IMG/VR virus record: IMGVR_UViG_3300030339_000003
Coordinates: 1-64,000 of that record
DNA: 64,000 nt
Reading direction: 5' to 3' (one strand)
Part shown: piece by piece, positions 17,791 to 26,006 of the stretch
How positions within the stretch are numbered: the stretch's first letter is position 1
Layout: every line of letters starts with the position of its first letter
The notes under the pieces: generated by a model
Told to the model about the DNA's origin: nothing
The model's input: the letters and a program-made list of their open reading frames with translations, nothing else
Databases searched by the model: none
Program-made: the position numbers and the translations under genes

Positions 17791-18456
17791 TTAGTCGCGT
17801 GAATAAGGAGAATTAATATCATAAGGATGTTGATATTGTGGTCTGTTATAATTTGGCCCTTGCATTTGTTGGTTGGGTTGACCACCGCCATAAACATTTT
17901 GCGCAAACCCTGGTCCCATTGGCGCACCTTGATACGCTTGCTCTGTTTGTTGACCCCATACAACCATGTCACGAATTACAAAAGCAGAAATTTCAACCAG
18001 AGGCTCATCTACTTTGCCAGATGTGAATTCAAAATTAAATGAATTGATATAAGCTTCAACATCGACTTTATTAAAGAACCAATGAATCCTTTTGAATTCG
18101 ACAACTCGGTCAAACTTTTCTTCGAGTGCGGTAAAAATATTACGAGTTGTTAACGGCTCGCCAAACATATTTTGGTCTATAATCAAGAAAGACGACATTA
18201 ATTTAACCGGTGGCATATATGTCGGAAGTGGCGAGTGTAAACAAATTGCTGACAAGGTTGAAACTACCTCAACACCTGTTAACAATTCAAGAATACGTTT
18301 GTCATCCCAACCCATATTTGCATCAAGCTCTGCAACACAATATATGGCATCTTTACGGTTATCGATATCTGCGAATTCCATTACCAAAGTTTTGTTTAAT
18401 TGGAGATTTAGATCACCCAACTCGGGAACAGTACCCCATGAATTATTGTCAGTCAT
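17791..18456 (-). CDS. Hypothetical protein with Q/N/G/P/Y-rich C-terminal tail
   Basis: Overlaps the AAA gene by 8 nt; SD AAGGAG. Confidence 0.75.
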   Translation of the reverse strand: MTDNNSWGTVPELGDLNLQLNKTLVMEFADIDNRKDAIYCVAELDANMGWDDKRILELLTGVEVVSTLSAICLHSPLPTYMPPVKLMSSFLIIDQNMFGEPLTTRNIFTALEEKFDRVVEFKRIHWFFNKVDVEAYINSFNFEFTSGKVDEPLVEISAFVIRDMVVWGQQTEQAYQGAPMGPGFAQNVYGGGQPNQQMQGPNYNRPQYQHPYDINSPYSRD

Positions 18457-19681
18457 TTTTAATAAACTCCTTTAATGCTAAGTTAAATTGATTGAAGTCC
18501 CATTTGTTTGCAATAACCAATTCTTGTAATTCACCACCGGTAATCTTCACACCGGCAGGTAATTCGAATTGTGCATCTGGGTACATCATGGTAATGTATT
18601 CTTTAATTTCAACATCAGTAAAGGCAGGGATAAAGATTTTCTTATCCACACGACCCGGACGTGTTAATGCTTTAGACAATTTATCGGCGATGTTAGTAGT
18701 AATGAAAATGATTTCACCACTCAATTCTTTTAACCCGTCTAATGTATTTAAAATAGTAACGATAGACACTTCATCGGTATCTACAGGTTTTTCATCTTCA
18801 ACTTTTTGTGCTCGAGTTTGTGCCCCCTTACAACTTTCAATATCTTCCAAGGTAATAATACTGTTCTTGGGTGCGCTGTAAAACGCTGCAGCGAATGTAA
18901 GATTAGTCATGGTAGATATATTTAACATAGCAATTTCACGATCGTATTCGTGCGCTACGGCTTTAATAATACTGGTCTTACCCGTTCCAGGAGGCCCATA
19001 CAAAAGAATCGTCAATTTGTATGGGATGCCGCGATCAACGTACCATTGTTTATTATTTAAAAACTTATCAATAGTTTCGATGATTTCAGCTTTAGCTGTT
19101 TTGTTAATAATAACGGAACTTAATTTACGTTTAGGCGCGGCACCTAATAAACTCCAACACACGTCTTTACCTGCAAAGGTAAATATTTCACGTTCATCGG
19201 GTAAACGCTTTTCACTAAACTCATTAAAGAAATTAACCATGATTCTTTTATTTAAAGAAACGGTTGATATGGTGATCTTTAATTTTTCTTTTGTAGATGC
19301 TTGTGATTCTAATCGACTTATGACAACACGGTACAAACGCTTTTTATAAATCATCCAATGGGTGCCTACTCCTGGGCCTAGTGCGCCAAAAGCTGACCAA
19401 GAACTATTCACTAAGCCAACGGATTTTGTAAACTTAAAACATTCTACTTTTTCAAACCATTCTAAAAAGTTCTTAAAGTTTTTGTCTGAATTACCTTCCC
19501 CGCTATTATCCATAGAAAGACGAACAACAAACATATCTTCAAATCTATTTTGAAGATATTTCGGACCTTTCCAAAAAGCACCTACAACACCAGCAGCCAA
19601 CGTGATACTAATTGTGCTACCTATTAATGGTAGTTCTTTAGCAAGTTCGTTAAACTTAGTAAACATATCAAGCAACAACAT
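18449..19681 (-). CDS. BCS1-like membrane-anchored AAA+ ATPase
   Basis: N-terminal TM; BCS1_N-like GPGVGTHWMIY; WYVDRGIPYK..LLYGPPGTGKTS; LEDIE; LNTLDG; TTN; RPGRVD. Confidence 0.85.
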   Translation of the reverse strand: MLLLDMFTKFNELAKELPLIGSTISITLAAGVVGAFWKGPKYLQNRFEDMFVVRLSMDNSGEGNSDKNFKNFLEWFEKVECFKFTKSVGLVNSSWSAFGALGPGVGTHWMIYKKRLYRVVISRLESQASTKEKLKITISTVSLNKRIMVNFFNEFSEKRLPDEREIFTFAGKDVCWSLLGAAPKRKLSSVIINKTAKAEIIETIDKFLNNKQWYVDRGIPYKLTILLYGPPGTGKTSIIKAVAHEYDREIAMLNISTMTNLTFAAAFYSAPKNSIITLEDIESCKGAQTRAQKVEDEKPVDTDEVSIVTILNTLDGLKELSGEIIFITTNIADKLSKALTRPGRVDKKIFIPAFTDVEIKEYITMMYPDAQFELPAGVKITGGELQELVIANKWDFNQFNLALKEFIKND

Positions 19682-19691
19682 GATTTATCCT

Positions 19692-19735
19692 TTAAATAGA
19701 GTGGTTAACTACTTAAGTAATATAGGTTTAAAAAT
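19692..19735 (-). promoter_or_regulatory. phiKZ-type early promoter plus 5' hairpin
   Basis: TTTTTAAACC-TATATTAC (core 19717-19724) followed by the stem TTAAGTAG/CTATTTAA. Confidence 0.75.
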
Positions 19736-19738
19736 ATA

Positions 19739-19768
19739 TACTACTATCTCCTAACGGAGATAGTAGTA
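19739..19768. terminator. Hairpin terminator
   Basis: TACTACTATCTCC-TAAC-GGAGATAGTAGTA. Confidence 0.8.
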
Positions 19769-19780
19769 GCTTATTATGTT

Positions 19781-20143
19781 TTATTTTTTACCAGACATCC
19801 AGAATATTAAATGCAGCACTATCTCTATGCCGACCACATAGGCTAATGCTTCTAAATAATTCGGGAATAGGAATGAATCATTTAAGAACGACATACATGA
19901 GAAAAATAACACTGCATCGAACAATCGTTCTCTATGATCAAACCACGGATTAACTTTTAGCTTAAAGGCATACATAATTGCCATAGCTAATCCACCAGAA
20001 ACAATAGCAAGTGCTAAAGAAAAAACGAAATAGCTGATTTTGTTACTGTTTGACACGTCAAGTAAAATATAAGTTTCTACTACGGTAGCAAACAAAATAA
20101 TTATGCTGGTGTAAAATTTATTGTAACTTGATACCTTTTCCAC
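19781..20143 (-). CDS. Four-TM membrane protein
   Basis: Four hydrophobic segments in 120 aa. Confidence 0.7.
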   Translation of the reverse strand: MEKVSSYNKFYTSIIILFATVVETYILLDVSNSNKISYFVFSLALAIVSGGLAMAIMYAFKLKVNPWFDHRERLFDAVLFFSCMSFLNDSFLFPNYLEALAYVVGIEIVLHLIFWMSGKK

Positions 20144-20408
20144 TTTTCGTCTCCTGTTTAGGAAGCGGTTGTAATTGTTCTAACATAATAGGGTAATGCG
20201 CAGGACACCCCATACGAGCAGTGCAGTTGTCCAATACATCCAATTCACCATTAATTTTAACAATTGCTAAATTAACGGGATAAGGAACATTAATGTCATT
20301 AACTGAATTAATACGAGTGTAACCTTCAGCACTGACTTTTGCAGACTTGCGAACGGGTTTTAATCTTTCGCCTACAAAGATAACAAAGTTCTCATATTCT
20401 TTTACCAT
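20118..20408 (-). CDS. Hypothetical protein
   Basis: 96 aa, SD GAGG. Confidence 0.7.
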   Translation of the reverse strand: MVKEYENFVIFVGERLKPVRKSAKVSAEGYTRINSVNDINVPYPVNLAIVKINGELDVLDNCTARMGCPAHYPIMLEQLQPLPKQETKSGKGIKLQ

Positions 20409-20460
20409 TTTAAAAAATACCTCAAATTAACATAATAATAGATGTGCTACTTATTTTTTA

Positions 20461-20482
20461 TTGTGGGGATCGCTCCCCACAA
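20461..20482. terminator. Hairpin terminator
   Basis: TTGTGGGGA-TCGC-TCCCCACAA (GCGA loop on -). Confidence 0.7.
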
Positions 20483-20487
20483 CTTAT

Positions 20488-20610
20488 TTAATCTTCAAAA
20501 ATATTGCGGAGTAAAATACTCACACTCGCAAGTTTAATAAATAATTCTACCAAAAAGGGAATAACCAATATGAAACCAAACAAGCATAATAATTTATCTT
20601 CTACGGACAT
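20488..20610 (-). CDS. Small membrane protein (40 aa)
   Basis: Manual: MSVEDKLLCLFGFILVIPFLVELFIKLASVSILLRNIFED. Confidence 0.55.
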   Translation of the reverse strand: MSVEDKLLCLFGFILVIPFLVELFIKLASVSILLRNIFED

Positions 20611-20657
20611 TTACTTTTAATACCCCTAATAAAAATAACAAACAATAAGTATAAGAT

Positions 20658-21080
20658 CTACACGGTACTGTACAAGCGGACATAGTCTAATGATTTTAAC
20701 AAATAAGGAATTTCTTTGGTCAAAGTCCCTACCATTTTAACATTGATTGGGTAATCAGAATCCGCGAACATATATTTAACTACCCGTTCTTTTTTACCTT
20801 TAGGAATGATACGCGCATAGATGCCATCTTTCTTTTCGTACACTTCAATAATTTCTGCGCATTTGTTTGAAGCGATTGTTTCATCGCTCATACACGGTGT
20901 TGCCAATAAAGGAACATCCTTGTTTTTAAACATGTTAAGCAACTTTGCTTTTAAGGCAGCAGTAACTAATAACGTACTGTAATCTACAACTTTTAATTCT
21001 AACGAACCTCCAGACCCGATACCTGTCAAGACTTTGGGAATGGAGATTGCGTTATTGTTGGTATATTGTTTCTTAGACAT
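20658..21080 (-). CDS. Hypothetical protein, possible degenerate prohead-protease-like fold
   Basis: IASNKCAEIIEV..IYARIIPKG pattern; no catalytic His recognisable. Confidence 0.6.
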   Translation of the reverse strand: MSKKQYTNNNAISIPKVLTGIGSGGSLELKVVDYSTLLVTAALKAKLLNMFKNKDVPLLATPCMSDETIASNKCAEIIEVYEKKDGIYARIIPKGKKERVVKYMFADSDYPINVKMVGTLTKEIPYLLKSLDYVRLYSTV

Positions 21081-21624
21081 TTCTTTTCCTGAATACTAAT
21101 ACGGGTGATTGAGTTAACGCCGGAATAAACAACGGCGGGCCTACAAGTGCACTATAGTCATCGCGTAAGTGTATGTTGCTAACAAATACAGCAATACGTT
21201 TACCCTTGGTCATAGCGCGTTTAATTTGGTAAATCATTTCTGTTTCACGAATCACTGTAGAATGTACTTGATTAATCCCCGGTGTATCACAACTATGGAT
21301 ATTAGGTTGCCACGTATCCATTCCGATAAAAGGAATACGTTTGGTTTCGCACAACACTAATACACGTCTTTGTAAAAATACCATTTCATTAACCGTAGTT
21401 GGGTTAATCATTTCTTTATCGTCGTAACGATAAGGATTAGCAATTTCAACAAAGATCTGGTCAAACTTTTTTATTTCGTGGTGTTTTAAAAACAAAGTAC
21501 GTGATTGCTGCATATTGCGAAGTACATCATCGACGCCGTAAATAATACAATTGTAGCCTTTTACATCAATATTTTTATTATCTCTTTGACCATAAGCTGC
21601 AAGGTGAAATGGTAAAGCCGTCAT
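21073..21624 (-). CDS. EreA/ChaN/TIKI-like fold protein
   Basis: IFVE, FIGMD, RETEM..I, RIAVFVSNIHL pattern. Confidence 0.5.
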   Translation of the reverse strand: MTALPFHLAAYGQRDNKNIDVKGYNCIIYGVDDVLRNMQQSRTLFLKHHEIKKFDQIFVEIANPYRYDDKEMINPTTVNEMVFLQRRVLVLCETKRIPFIGMDTWQPNIHSCDTPGINQVHSTVIRETEMIYQIKRAMTKGKRIAVFVSNIHLRDDYSALVGPPLFIPALTQSPVLVFRKRNV

Positions 21625-21633
21625 AATGTTTCC

Positions 21634-22089
21634 TTAGAAACGAAAATCAACATTATCCTTATTAATTAAAGGCAATGCATCGATAATCGCCTGGCGGTTA
21701 AATAATTGATAGCTGACGCCAATACGTGCGACAGCTGCCCGGTTTAAAAAGTCTTGTACAGTGCATTTGTTTTTAGCAAAGTCTGCACGCAACAAATAAG
21801 CAAAGTGTTGATCCCAATCATTGTACCCATGACAAAAGCTTGGTGTTACTAATGGCAATGGATAAAATTCTTTAAGGTTCCCACTTTCTACTATTACATT
21901 TACAGGACGATTAGATTTCCCGATCATGACATAGTTTTGTTGCATTAGCTCCGGGGATTCATCCACAAGAAACCCATAAACAAAATCTTTACGGAATTGC
22001 ATTTTGATCATGCTATCTTGAATTTCGTACGTTCTGGAGCGCCTTGCTATTTTAACGCACGCCAAATGACCAGGGTCAAGAATTATCAT
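21634..22089 (-). CDS. Hypothetical protein
   Basis: 151 aa, ATGA-coupled to the HslV-like gene. Confidence 0.7.
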   Translation of the reverse strand: MIILDPGHLACVKIARRSRTYEIQDSMIKMQFRKDFVYGFLVDESPELMQQNYVMIGKSNRPVNVIVESGNLKEFYPLPLVTPSFCHGYNDWDQHFAYLLRADFAKNKCTVQDFLNRAAVARIGVSYQLFNRQAIIDALPLINKDNVDFRF

Positions 22090-22607
22090 TTCTTTTTCCT
22101 TTTAGAGATCAATGTTAAAGAACGCCGATCAAAAGCGATACTTTCATTGTTTATATGATATTGTTTGTTTATCGCCAAGCAATCAAAGATTTCTTGTGCA
22201 GACAAATTAATACAATCGTAGAATTCAAAAGAAGTATCAGGGGAAACATACGTTAAATCACGATGGATTATAATTTCAAATGTTTCCCCATCTCCTATAA
22301 CCGTATATGCGTTACGCTTAGTTAAAAACAATGCTTTGAATTTCTCAGTTGTCTTTTCACCAATGTTAAGGAATTCCCCTTTCATACCGCCCAATTCAAA
22401 CAACGTTATGACCAAGCACAATGGCTCGGTCATGATTACCGATTGATCATTGTCATAGATCCACGCGATTGTGTTGTCCGCATTGACATGATGTTTAGGT
22501 TCTTTTAGTTCGTGGTAAATTTCTGCAAATACCCCTACTTTAGGTTTCTTTACAACTACTCGTGTATCTGCTACTAACACGTTATCACGGTAAACAATTA
22601 AAGTCAT
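22086..22607 (-). CDS. HslV/proteasome-like Ntn hydrolase
   Basis: (M)TLIVYRDNVLVADTR with N-terminal Thr and ADxR; SD spacing favours ATG 22607. Confidence 0.6.
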   Translation of the reverse strand: MTLIVYRDNVLVADTRVVVKKPKVGVFAEIYHELKEPKHHVNADNTIAWIYDNDQSVIMTEPLCLVITLFELGGMKGEFLNIGEKTTEKFKALFLTKRNAYTVIGDGETFEIIIHRDLTYVSPDTSFEFYDCINLSAQEIFDCLAINKQYHINNESIAFDRRSLTLISKRKKK

Positions 22608-22619
22608 ATCCATTCCTAC

Positions 22620-22645
22620 ATGAATGGAGCCGAAGCCCCATTCAT
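22620..22645 (-). terminator. Hairpin with UUCG loop
   Basis: AUGAAUGGGGC-UUCG-GCUCCAUUCAU. Confidence 0.7.
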
Positions 22646-22662
22646 TATTTTAATTTAAACGA

Positions 22663-22938
22663 TTACAGACTAGGCCACATGCCTGCGCGCGGCGATGTTG
22701 CTGGATTAGATTTAGTATCTTTGCTAACTTTAACAGGCTTGGTAGTTAATACATTACCATCGACCAACAAAGTGTTACCCATTTTGAATTCACCCACCTG
22801 AGTAGGTTCCAGCAACACTTTGACGATAGTAGTACCGTGACCAGCATACAGTGTGTTACCGTTAACACCAGTAACAACAACTTGATCTACGCCTTCCAGG
22901 TCTTTAGCTTGCTGGTCGCTCAATTGTAATACGGTCAT
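22663..22938 (-). CDS. Hypothetical protein
   Basis: 91 aa, coupled to the upstream gene. Confidence 0.7.
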   Translation of the reverse strand: MTVLQLSDQQAKDLEGVDQVVVTGVNGNTLYAGHGTTIVKVLLEPTQVGEFKMGNTLLVDGNVLTTKPVKVSKDTKSNPATSPRAGMWPSL

Positions 22939-23372
22939 TTCATTTCCTTAGTTGCAATATAGTGTTTAGTTGAAAGGTCCGGTTTAAAAGAAGCCCAATC
23001 AAATTCAACCGGTGTTCTTTTAAATCCACGGTTACTGCGACGGACATACCATTTATTCAATAACTGTCCAGCGTAACATAACTCGTAATTGGAATAAAGA
23101 TCAGGGCTGTTATACAGCTCGACCGATAATTCATTGGTTTTGTTGTGTTTCTTTAACTGCAGCTTAGTGACTTTACCAACTGGTTGATGAACATTCGGGG
23201 CATAGGTATCGTAAACTGCTAACGTACCTTCGCTAATCATCTTATCCAAATTACGGATAACTGATTTGGTCAAACGATTGATCATGTAGCCTAAACGCAT
23301 TACACCTTTAGACTGATAAACATTGTTAGGTGTAAACCCTACAATTACGGCATCTACAATTTCGTTTTCCAT
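22935..23372 (-). CDS. Hypothetical protein (paralog of 23382)
   Basis: I.EGTLAV..VGKVTKLQL..TNELSVEL. Confidence 0.75.
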   Translation of the reverse strand: MENEIVDAVIVGFTPNNVYQSKGVMRLGYMINRLTKSVIRNLDKMISEGTLAVYDTYAPNVHQPVGKVTKLQLKKHNKTNELSVELYNSPDLYSNYELCYAGQLLNKWYVRRSNRGFKRTPVEFDWASFKPDLSTKHYIATKEMK

Positions 23373-23381
23373 CGTATTACC

Positions 23382-23678
23382 TTAATAGATCCAAACGTAC
23401 CATTTATGAGGAGCATCGTAAGCCGTATTTCGTTCTAAGTTGAACGATGGTTTCCAACCAGGATGACGGTCTAATTCCATCCCTAGTGTGTTCGTGTTCT
23501 TATGGAGACGTAGGGTTTTTACTTTCCCAACAACGTCGTGTTCAACACCCCAACCTGCGTGCACTAATAATGTGCCTGCATCAATTTGTTCTTGGAGTTC
23601 TTTTGTCACAGACCGTTTAAGTTTGTGTGGACCAACGAACAATACGTTTTTGTAACTGATTACTTCTTTACCGGACAT
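23382..23678 (-). CDS. Hypothetical protein (paralog of 22935)
   Basis: IDAGTLLV..VGKVKTLRL..TNTLGMEL. Confidence 0.75.
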   Translation of the reverse strand: MSGKEVISYKNVLFVGPHKLKRSVTKELQEQIDAGTLLVHAGWGVEHDVVGKVKTLRLHKNTNTLGMELDRHPGWKPSFNLERNTAYDAPHKWYVWIY

Positions 23679-23688
23679 TTTACTACCC

Positions 23689-23738
23689 CTATGAAAATAT
23701 ATCGTGAGCTATACTTATAGATAATGTAGAACTAAAAT
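23689..23738 (-). promoter_or_regulatory. phiKZ-type early promoter plus 5' hairpin
   Basis: TTTTAGTTC-TACATTAT (core 23721-23728), then CTAT-AAGTATA/TATATTT-ATAG stem. Confidence 0.65.
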
Positions 23739-23755
23739 ACTTTATACATTAACAT

Positions 23756-23785
23756 TATACTACTAGGGTTGCCCCTAGTAGTATA
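23756..23785. terminator. Hairpin terminator
   Basis: TATACTACTAGGG-TTGC-CCCTAGTAGTATA. Confidence 0.8.
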
Positions 23786-23796
23786 TGTATTTTTTA

Positions 23797-24243
23797 TTAT
23801 GGCGCTGTGGTAGTCTTTGCTTTAGAGCTTTTTGTACGTGGAACGACTTTCTTCTTAGCTTTGATGGCTTCGAGTTCAGCCGGAAGTTTTCCTAATTCAA
23901 CTTTAATTTGTTTCAGCAAAGAGCTGTTACTAAAGTCTAGGTCTTCCTGTACCTTTGTTGTGAGCTTAGTACTTTGATTGTCGATATCATCCAAAATGAA
24001 GCGGATGTTTTCATTAAGTCGGTCAATCTTTTCATCAGTTGCAACTGATTGGGTATCAATGGCACTCAAATAGATTTCCAATTGATCCAAACGTGTTGCG
24101 ATACTTCCAAACTTGCGTTCAAACATCCTTTCAAAATCATAAGGCGTCATGAACATACAGACGTACTTATTCCAAAGTACAAACAAGATGAGTACTGACA
24201 AACCCCCCGTTAAAACTTGTAAATAAATCATACAATACTCCAT
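23797..24243 (-). CDS. Membrane-anchored coiled-coil protein
   Basis: N-terminal TM, heptad region, basic tail. Confidence 0.7.
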   Translation of the reverse strand: MEYCMIYLQVLTGGLSVLILFVLWNKYVCMFMTPYDFERMFERKFGSIATRLDQLEIYLSAIDTQSVATDEKIDRLNENIRFILDDIDNQSTKLTTKVQEDLDFSNSSLLKQIKVELGKLPAELEAIKAKKKVVPRTKSSKAKTTTAP

Positions 24244-24263
24244 GCTCGGTTATAAACATAATA

Positions 24264-24443
24264 TTAGTTAGATGAGCTGGTTGTATATACAATACGATAA
24301 AGTACTTCAAACATTTCTAAACTTAAATGAGGAAGAAATACTGGTACGCTATTAATGTTAAAAGTATAATCTCTAACTTGTGATACTACATTACACATCA
24401 ATGTTGGACCAAAGACACATATCGGTAATTTTTTATTATTCAT
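24264..24443 (-). CDS. Hypothetical protein (59 aa)
   Basis: Start moved to ATG 24443; the longer call crosses a terminator. Confidence 0.5.
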   Translation of the reverse strand: MNNKKLPICVFGPTLMCNVVSQVRDYTFNINSVPVFLPHLSLEMFEVLYRIVYTTSSSN

Positions 24444-24452
24444 TATTTTAAC

Positions 24453-24494
24453 CAAAAAATAAAAGAAGGAGGTCATCCCTCCTTTCGGAGGGGT
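24453..24494 (-). terminator. Hairpin terminator with GAAA loop
   Basis: CCCUCC-GAAA-GGAGGG, then spacer and CUUUUAUUUUUU. Confidence 0.7.
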
Positions 24495-24495
24495 A

Positions 24496-24924
24496 TTAAA
24501 GTGATTGACAGTTAACGTGTGTGACATAAGTTAACTTAGATTGGTCGGCAATTGTTTTCAATTCAAAGGTACGATTACAAGTAGGTCCTCTTAATGCGTA
24601 CAACATCCTTGGAGCGTAGTTAGGTTCTGGAGTTAAGATAGCACAGACTTTTCCATGATAACCGTCAGCACCGTTTGATGTCGTTACGCGTACGTTTTTA
24701 AAGCGACCACAGACTAATGACTCATCCGGGATCTGACATTGTAATAAAGGACCTTCTTCATTTAACGTAACCCAACCTGCATTGCGTATAAATCTATTGA
24801 ATACTTTATTTACATTCTGGTTTAATTTTACATTACAGTCTTTACCTATTTTGGTGTTATCAAAGATAGTAACGTGAAAAGCTTTGGGATCGTCTAGACA
24901 TCTCCCGTCTATTTGAATATACAT
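24496..24924 (-). CDS. Hypothetical protein, possible degenerate prohead-protease-like fold
   Basis: PDESLVCGRFKNVRV..VCAILTP. Confidence 0.6.
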   Translation of the reverse strand: MYIQIDGRCLDDPKAFHVTIFDNTKIGKDCNVKLNQNVNKVFNRFIRNAGWVTLNEEGPLLQCQIPDESLVCGRFKNVRVTTSNGADGYHGKVCAILTPEPNYAPRMLYALRGPTCNRTFELKTIADQSKLTYVTHVNCQSL

Positions 24925-24943
24925 TGGTTCTTTCCTTTAAGTT

Positions 24944-24998
24944 AAATCATTAAGAATAATTTTCTTTATTATTAATGACTCATAAATTAGGCAAAAAA
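24944..24998 (-). promoter_or_regulatory. Possible TATG-type promoter followed by a leader hairpin
   Basis: TATG at 24981-24984, then GAGTCATTAA-TAATAA/TTATT-C-TTAATGATTT stem. Confidence 0.4.
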
Positions 24999-25038
24999 TA
25001 AAGCACATAAAAAAGAACCCCTCCGGTTAAGGAGAGGT
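24993..25038 (-). terminator. Intrinsic terminator
   Basis: ACCUCUCC-UUAACC-GGAGGGGU followed by UCUUUUUU and CUUUAUUUUUU. Confidence 0.8.
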
Positions 25039-25126
25039 GGGGCAATAACTTCCCCGGGGGTAATTTATCCCTTTCTTATTTATGCGCTTTAATAACCGGT
25101 AGTGTTACCTACCGGTTTGATGATGA

Positions 25127-25972
25127 TTACATCCAGGCAGTCAGTTCAGCAGTCGCCGCAGGAATAGCTGACACTTCGGCATCAGCAATATCTACGTTAC
25201 CATTGTTTGACCAGCTTTTGTAGAACGCCGCACCCTGAGTTGCACCGACACCAACGCCCATACCCAGGGCAGAAGCAACCACGTTAGCGATCAACGGGTT
25301 CAGTGTTTTCAGGAACGCAACTTTGTCGAACAGGTAATCGGTACCGAAGTACGCCACAGCGACGCCACCAATACCAGCGCCTACAGTTTCATACGATACA
25401 CCCGCAGATGTATAGATAGAAATACCGGCACCCAGCGCAGCAGAAACAGATGCGATAACTTTAGGTTGCAGCCAGTTGTTTTCTTCACCAGTGAAGGTTT
25501 CAGTTGGAGCTTCTACATTGGAGATTGCGTGTTTGCTACTGTTGAGGCCCAGCGCGTTCAGCAGACGGATTTCTGCTTCGGTACGTGAGGTGCCAGCTTT
25601 CAGATCTTTTTCGTATTGGGAAAATTGTGTATTCAGCATATCGACGCTCTGCATTTCTTCAGGAGTTAAGACTTCGCCATTGGCGATGCGATTATTAATT
25701 GAAGCTTGACCGGAACGAAGCGCTTTAACTTGCGCCGATGATGTTGACGTTGCTTCTTTGGCATAAAGTGCTTTCAGCGCTTTAACTGTATATTTGGTGC
25801 CCAACGCCGAATTGATTTTGTTGATGAATTCGCCATGGTGCTGAGTTTCAACATCTTCGACTAATGATGTTGCGACACTGGTATCAATAGATGCGTCGTC
25901 GATATTTTCAGCGCGCATACGAGTTACTACTGCAACAGTTTCGTTGATGATCAGTTCGAGTGGAGTTGTCAT
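25127..25972 (-). CDS. Early membrane protein with three Gly/Ala-rich hydrophobic helices
   Basis: Own early promoter and terminator; VSAALGAGISIY, VGAGIGGVAVAYF, ALGMGVGVGA. Confidence 0.75.
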   Translation of the reverse strand: MTTPLELIINETVAVVTRMRAENIDDASIDTSVATSLVEDVETQHHGEFINKINSALGTKYTVKALKALYAKEATSTSSAQVKALRSGQASINNRIANGEVLTPEEMQSVDMLNTQFSQYEKDLKAGTSRTEAEIRLLNALGLNSSKHAISNVEAPTETFTGEENNWLQPKVIASVSAALGAGISIYTSAGVSYETVGAGIGGVAVAYFGTDYLFDKVAFLKTLNPLIANVVASALGMGVGVGATQGAAFYKSWSNNGNVDIADAEVSAIPAATAELTAWM

Positions 25973-26006
25973 TACAATATCCTTAAAAAAGTGAAATAAG
26001 TTAATT

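Noticed and set aside
20435-20450. Additional early promoter (TCTATTAT) after the 20461 hairpin
   Set aside because: It deviates from the core, lacks the upstream T-run and ANNYC context, and has no leader hairpin.
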